A stretch of DNA of 64,000 nt. Source: SAR324 cluster bacterium. Its GTDB lineage: Bacteria > SAR324 > XYD2-FULL-50-16 > HCM1. Positions 58,216 to 64,000 of the stretch are shown one piece after another (the first letter of the stretch is position 1; each line of letters begins with the position of its first letter). Where the stretch lies: assembly GCA_002995645.1 (NCBI GenBank), contig PUHO01000017.1:918-64917 (forward strand), written 5' to 3'. The notes beneath the pieces are model-generated. The model was not told the DNA's origin, ran no database searches, and saw only the letters and a program-made list of their open reading frames with translations. A program made the position numbers and the translations under genes.

Positions 58216-58355
58216 TTACTAAAATAGAAGACCCCATTTTGTAGAAGTCTTCTATTTTTAGATTGTAATGATATGAAATATCTTATCTACGGAGTAAGCT
58301 TACGCTATCTCCTTATTACCGAAGGTGTTTTCTTAAATATAGTATACTAGTATTA
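58216..58355 (-). ncRNA. tracrRNA-like unit, copy 2 (array-proximal; better full-length anti-repeat)
   Basis: The minus strand reads ...UACUAGUAUACUAUAUUUAAGAAAACACCUUCGGUAAUAAGGAGAUAGCG...AUAGAAGAC-UUCUACAAAAUGGG-GUCUUCUAUUUUAGUAAU. By hand it pairs with about 29 of 36 positions of the minus-sense repeat, including G-U pairs, with a 2-nt bulge. The 69-nt core matches copy 1 with one mismatch. It has a perfect 9-bp terminator stem. Ends are approximate. Confidence 0.55.
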
Positions 58356-58470
58356 TATTATATATGTCAAATAAAAAATTATTTATTAAATTTAACTTTA
58401 ATTTTCAGTGTTTTTGTTATATAAAAACAGATTATTTAATAAATAAATTCAACATGCTACATATTTAGCT

Positions 58471-61400
58471 AGTCTAGCACACTATTTAAGAAAGCACAAT
58501 CGGAACGTATTTGTCCAGGTCTCCAGCCTGATTTTGAGTCTAGCACACTATTTAAGAAAGCACAATCGGAACTCATTTTTTGCGAATAATTCGCCGTTAT
58601 CAAGTCTAGCACACTATTTAAGAAAGCACAATCGGAACCAGCAAGGGAAACAGTACCTAATAATGTTAAGTCTAGCACACTATTTAAGAAAGCACAATCG
58701 GAACTATGATTTCCTTGGTAGGTTTTATAAATATAGTCTAGCACACTATTTAAGAAAGCACAATCGGAACTTTATATGAAGAAAGAGACCTACAACTTTT
58801 AGTCTAGCACACTATTTAAGAAAGCACAATCGGAACAAAGCCTTGATAACAAGCTCGGCATTGGCAAGTCTAGCACACTATTTAAGAAAGCACAATCGGA
58901 ACTCGATAAACAAAACAAATCGAGAAAGCATTAGTCTAGCACACTATTTAAGAAAGCACAATCGGAACTCAATTAACAAAACAAACCGAGAAAGTATTAG
59001 TCTAGCACACTATTTAAGAAAGCACAATCGGAACAGCCTACCTCATATCGCCCACCTTGCATTTAGTCTAGCACACTATTTAAGAAAGCACAATCGGAAC
59101 GCTTAAGTCGTGATGTTCAGAATTAATGCCAGTCTAGCACACTATTTAAGAAAGCACAATCGGAACATCGCATTGCCGATCGGTACGTACAATAAGAGTC
59201 TAGCACACTATTTAAGAAAGCACAATCGGAACTAAAATTCTTTTGTAGTTGGATTGTGTCTTAGTCTAGCACACTATTTAAGAAAGCACAATCGGAACAT
59301 AAAGTTGCGTCAAATTTAATTTTATGGAAGTCTAGCACACTATTTAAGAAAGCACAATCGGAACCTAAATATGTTACTATGAAACAACGTGCTAAGTCTA
59401 GCACACTATTTAAGAAAGCACAATCGGAACTTGTGTCCTTCTTACATTCGAAATAATTAAAGTCTAGCACACTATTTAAGAAAGCACAATCGGAACCGCC
59501 AAATAAAAAAGGATTGATTTTATAAGAGTCTAGCACACTATTTAAGAAAGCACAATCGGAACCCGCTGGTTCTCTTGCTGATTATTTCGGTCAGTCTAGC
59601 ACACTATTTAAGAAAGCACAATCGGAACAGTTACGTCTTGTTGGTGCTATTGACGACTAGTCTAGCACACTATTTAAGAAAGCACAATCGGAACGACGGT
59701 GCTGTTCATTACTTTGGTCAATTAAGTCTAGCACACTATTTAAGAAAGCACAATCGGAACGATGTACTCTATTTAGAAAGTCTTTTTCCGAGTCTAGCAC
59801 ACTATTTAAGAAAGCACAATCGGAACCGTTAACAGGTGTTAACCTGTTTAATTTAAAGTCTAGCACACTATTTAAGAAAGCACAATCGGAACTAACTAAG
59901 TATGCAAAGTTTGATTGGGACGAGTCTAGCACACTATTTAAGAAAGCACAATCGGAACTAAATAATGTTTTCATTTTTAGTCTCTTTTAGTCTAGCACAC
60001 TATTTAAGAAAGCACAATCGGAACCTACAATTTTAATTTTTGAATAAGGTTTTTAGTCTAGCACACTATTTAAGAAAGCACAATCGGAACTCTTTTCTTT
60101 TATTAAACCAGTCCTGTGTTAGTCTAGCACACTATTTAAGAAAGCACAATCGGAACAGCAAGCGGAGGTAGCTTAATTAAAGCAGTAGTCTAGCACACTA
60201 TTTAAGAAAGCACAATCGGAACATGGGATTTGAACCCATAATACCGGATTGAAGTCTAGCACACTATTTAAGAAAGCACAATCGGAACCAAGAAGGAAAA
60301 TGGAAAAAACAACTAAAAAGTCTAGCACACTATTTAAGAAAGCACAATCGGAACAAGATTACAGAGATATAGCACCGCTTGCGAAGTCTAGCACACTATT
60401 TAAGAAAGCACAATCGGAACAAGATTATAGAGACGTCGCACCGCTTGCGAAGTCTAGCACACTATTTAAGAAAGCACAATCGGAACATATCTTGTAAAAT
60501 AGCTTCAATTTCTTTGAGTCTAGCACACTATTTAAGAAAGCACAATCGGAACATAGTAGTATCAATTTCAGCTCCGCTATTTAGTCTAGCACACTATTTA
60601 AGAAAGCACAATCGGAACCCCGTACTTCTTTTATATTTTTTTCATTTAAGTCTAGCACACTATTTAAGAAAGCACAATCGGAACTTGTGGAAAACAAGGC
60701 GATGTAATAAATTTAGTCTAGCACACTATTTAAGAAAGCACAATCGGAACACTTTAATAGATCTTACATTCCCCTTACGAAGTCTAGCACACTATTTAAG
60801 AAAGCACAATCGGAACAAAGAAACGCCCATTGTTTTGGACGCAACGAGTCTAGCACACTATTTAAGAAAGCACAATCGGAACAGAGTTCATATATAGTTC
60901 AGCAAATGCTATAGTCTAGCACACTATTTAAGAAAGCACAATCGGAACAAATTATCGTTAAGACTTGCCGCAACTCCAAGTCTAGCACACTATTTAAGAA
61001 AGCACAATCGGAACTGGGGTACTTAGATAGTATATATTAAAATTAGTCTAGCACACTATTTAAGAAAGCACAATCGGAACCTTTACGAACGTCACTATTA
61101 TTTATTGTTGAGTCTAGCACACTATTTAAGAAAGCACAATCGGAACAATGCGGTGTCAAGTGTGTAGGTGTTACCTAGTCTAGCACACTATTTAAGAAAG
61201 CACAATCGGAACATAGTAGTATCAATTTCAGCTCCGCTATTTAGTCTAGCACACTATTTAAGAAAGCACAATCGGAACTTGTTTCACAAATCGCCAGTAT
61301 AGTATAAAAGTCTAGCACACTATTTAAGAAAGCACAATCGGAACAATTTTCACACCAAACAACGCGATCCCGCGAGTCTAGCACACTATTTAAGAAAGCA

Positions 61401-64000
61401 CAATCGGAACACAACAGATAGCACATGTATATAAAAAGTGAGTCTAGCACACTATTTAAGAAAGCACAATCGGAACTGTAAATTTACCTGTACGATTTAC
61501 TATTGAAGTCTAGCACACTATTTAAGAAAGCACAATCGGAACAAGATAGAAAGAAGCCCGTCTAACGACACGAGTCTAGCACACTATTTAAGAAAGCACA
61601 ATCGGAACGACTGTTCTTAAGCTTAAACTAAAGCGGCTAGTCTAGCACACTATTTAAGAAAGCACAATCGGAACCATCAGCGCTAAATGTTTCGATAAAA
61701 TAAGAGTCTAGCACACTATTTAAGAAAGCACAATCGGAACATTCCTTGTTTAATAACGCCGCCTTCTTCTAGTCTAGCACACTATTTAAGAAAGCACAAT
61801 CGGAACATGCGCCTGAAATAACGAATGCAAGCATAGAGTCTAGCACACTATTTAAGAAAGCACAATCGGAACAAGTGTGTCTTAATTTTAACTATAATTT
61901 ATAGTCTAGCACACTATTTAAGAAAGCACAATCGGAACATATTATAATGTCGTTAAGGTAGCTTAATTAGTCTAGCACACTATTTAAGAAAGCACAATCG
62001 GAACGATTGTCTTTCGCTTTTTAATCCTATTTTTAGTCTAGCACACTATTTAAGAAAGCACAATCGGAACTCTTTTAATAGCATTTTGAATGGAACCAGA
62101 AGTCTAGCACACTATTTAAGAAAGCACAATCGGAACAAATTATCATAATGAAAAGCAACCGGATCAAGTCTAGCACACTATTTAAGAAAGCACAATCGGA
62201 ACAAGGTATTTTAGCGGTCACATCTATAGCATAGTCTAGCACACTATTTAAGAAAGCACAATCGGAACTAAACCACTCATGATTATTCTTAGCTACCTAG
62301 TCTAGCACACTATTTAAGAAAGCACAATCGGAACCTGTCCACCACGTTAAAGAATAGTCATAGCAGTCTAGCACACTATTTAAGAAAGCACAATCGGAAC
62401 ATAAACTAATACCCAAAGAAGCAACGTTAAAGTCTAGCACACTATTTAAGAAAGCACAATCGGAACGCAGTAGGAGAAATTGTTGCTAGCAATGGAAGTC
62501 TAGCACACTATTTAAGAAAGCACAATCGGAACATATAAAGGAGCTCAAGAAGCTAACGCTACAGTCTAGCACACTATTTAAGAAAGCACAATCGGAACTT
62601 TGCCTGTTGGCGTTGTTCCTGATGGCATAGTCTAGCACACTATTTAAGAAAGCACAATCGGAACAAAATTCGTTTCATGATGTGTGCAGAGTATAGTCTA
62701 GCACACTATTTAAGAAAGCACAATCGGAACTCGAATTGAGATCAAAACCATTATTTTTTAAGTCTAGCACACTATTTAAGAAAGCACAATCGGAACAATC
62801 TAAATTAACAACCGGCATGCGCCATAAGTCTAGCACACTATTTAAGAAAGCACAATCGGAACGTGGTATTTTTAGCGGTGTAGGCAATGCTTAGTCTAGC
62901 ACACTATTTAAGAAAGCACAATCGGAACCGCGTGTCGGTGTCTAGCTCGTAGCACTGGAGTCTAGCACACTATTTAAGAAAGCACAATCGGAACCGATTG
63001 GAACATATAATAAATATTCAAAACAGTCTAGCACACTATTTAAGAAAGCACAATCGGAACACCTATCGGATACTGTTGTAGTCTACCTGAAGTCTAGCAC
63101 ACTATTTAAGAAAGCACAATCGGAACATATGTGCCCGCGCTTCGGGCGATAGGTGTAGTCTAGCACACTATTTAAGAAAGCACAATCGGAACATGGCTAT
63201 TGAAGCAAACACTTAACCCAAGAGTCTAGCACACTATTTAAGAAAGCACAATCGGAACAAAGCTTATAGTTTAGATAAACAAAAGAAAAGTCTAGCACAC
63301 TATTTAAGAAAGCACAATCGGAACCTTTGTTTTGATTGTGCAAATCGTAGTACAAGTCTAGCACACTATTTAAGAAAGCACAATCGGAACTCAACGCATT
63401 TTCAACGCGCTCAGTTTGTAAGTCTAGCACACTATTTAAGAAAGCACAATCGGAACTAAATAAAGGGAATGCAAGCGGCTTGTATTAGTCTAGCACACTA
63501 TTTAAGAAAGCACAATCGGAACACCTAACTATTTATTGTCTAAATATGCTGAAGTCTAGCACACTATTTAAGAAAGCACAATCGGAACTTGCGCTAGATA
63601 AATGTTGACTTGATTTTTAGTCTAGCACACTATTTAAGAAAGCACAATCGGAACAGCGCAAGCATTTGCGCTTCTTTTTTTAAAAGTCTAGCACACTATT
63701 TAAGAAAGCACAATCGGAACCTCATTATATTTTTTCGAACGGAAATTTTAAGTCTAGCACACTATTTAAGAAAGCACAATCGGAACCAAAATCAAGTACG
63801 CTATTAATCGGCAACAAGTCTAGCACACTATTTAAGAAAGCACAATCGGAACAGTTACATGATGTCGGTCAGTTGTCTGTTGAGTCTAGCACACTATTTA
63901 AGAAAGCACAATCGGAACTTGTTTTTATTTAATATTACACGTAACATTAGTCTAGCACACTATTTAAGAAAGCACAATCGGAACAAGACTCAAATAGAGA
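58471..64000. CRISPR. CRISPR array: 36-nt repeat AGTCTAGCACACTATTTAAGAAAGCACAATCGGAAC (plus sense), 30-nt spacers, 66-bp period; 84 repeats in the window and continuing past the edge
   Basis: The first repeat is 58471-58506 and the 84th is 63949-63984, so (63949-58471)/66 = 83 exactly. I noticed no variant repeat. There are 83 complete spacers plus a partial one. I infer minus-strand transcription because the repeat then reads GTTCCGATTGTGC...TGCTAGACT and pairs with the minus-strand tracr candidates. Confidence 0.97.

Noticed and set aside
58409-58430. A/T hairpin TGTTTTT-gttatat-AAAAACA in the 115-bp A+T-rich stretch between tracr copy 2 and the first repeat, considered as a leader element or terminator
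   Set aside because: The stem is weak and all-A/T, with no clear U-tract on either strand. Its leader function cannot be judged because the acquisition polarity of the array is unknown.
62203-62892. Partial similarity between spacers 57 and 67 (GGTATTTTAGCGGT versus GGTATTTTTAGCGGT) and a shared 12-mer GGTAGCTTAATT in spacers 26 and 53
   Set aside because: The matches are short with divergent flanks, and one needs an indel. This is not convincing as allelic or overlapping protospacers without a database match.
58469-63807. A dozen ORFs in the track that contain reiterated SLAHYLRKHNRN, SDCAFLNSVLD or KSSTLFKKAQSE peptides
   Set aside because: They are translations of the CRISPR repeat in different frames and strands, joined by spacers that happen to lack stops. 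They are not genes.
58471-64000. Looked for spacers matching other parts of this 64-kb window (self-targeting)
   Set aside because: I spotted none by eye, but this was not exhaustive. It needs a computational search against the whole genome.

Overview
A+T-rich chromosomal segment from a diderm (Gram-negative-type) bacterium; lptD, bamD, lnt, lspA, kdsD and an lpxL-like gene are present. I cannot name the organism from sequence alone.

Positions 1-50 kb hold about 45 tightly packed housekeeping genes. These include gltA, ogt, a ClC channel, dapF, gap, ilvD, trkAH, lpdA, a stand-alone rplC, a ubiD-family gene, htpG, aroB, panB, a class II DAHP synthase, tsaC, dprA and a cpoB-like gene. No tRNA, rRNA, transposase or integrase was seen.

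Positions 50-64 kb hold a type II-C-like CRISPR-Cas locus:
- cas9 (1238 aa, 50150-53866), cas1 (56459-57427) and cas2 (57424-58011, with a long C-terminal tail). No csn2 or cas4.
- Two tandem tracrRNA-like units on the minus strand (about 58031-58355).
- A CRISPR array of at least 84 identical 36-nt repeats with 30-nt spacers (58471 to the window end, continuing beyond).

Most unusual observations:
1. A visibly lower-GC 2.35-kb cassette sits exactly at the cas9|cas1 junction. It encodes a TrpE-like and a TrpG-like protein plus a remnant of an EamA transporter gene. It is bracketed by 233-bp direct repeats of that junction, about 90% identical.
2. The tracrRNA unit is tandemly duplicated. The scaffold core is conserved, while the anti-repeats and terminator hairpins differ.
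3. The repeat ends (minus sense) in an extended -10-like TGCTAGACT. This suggests Neisseria-style promoters inside each repeat.
4. Two adjacent spacer pairs differ almost only at synonymous codon positions. One spacer is derived from a tRNA T-arm.
5. Seven separate tandem duplications of gene boundaries occur in 64 kb. One is a 2.4-kb array of about 15 decayed copies of the rplC/ubiD convergent intergenic region.

All homology calls come from my own motif recognition; no database search or computation was run.
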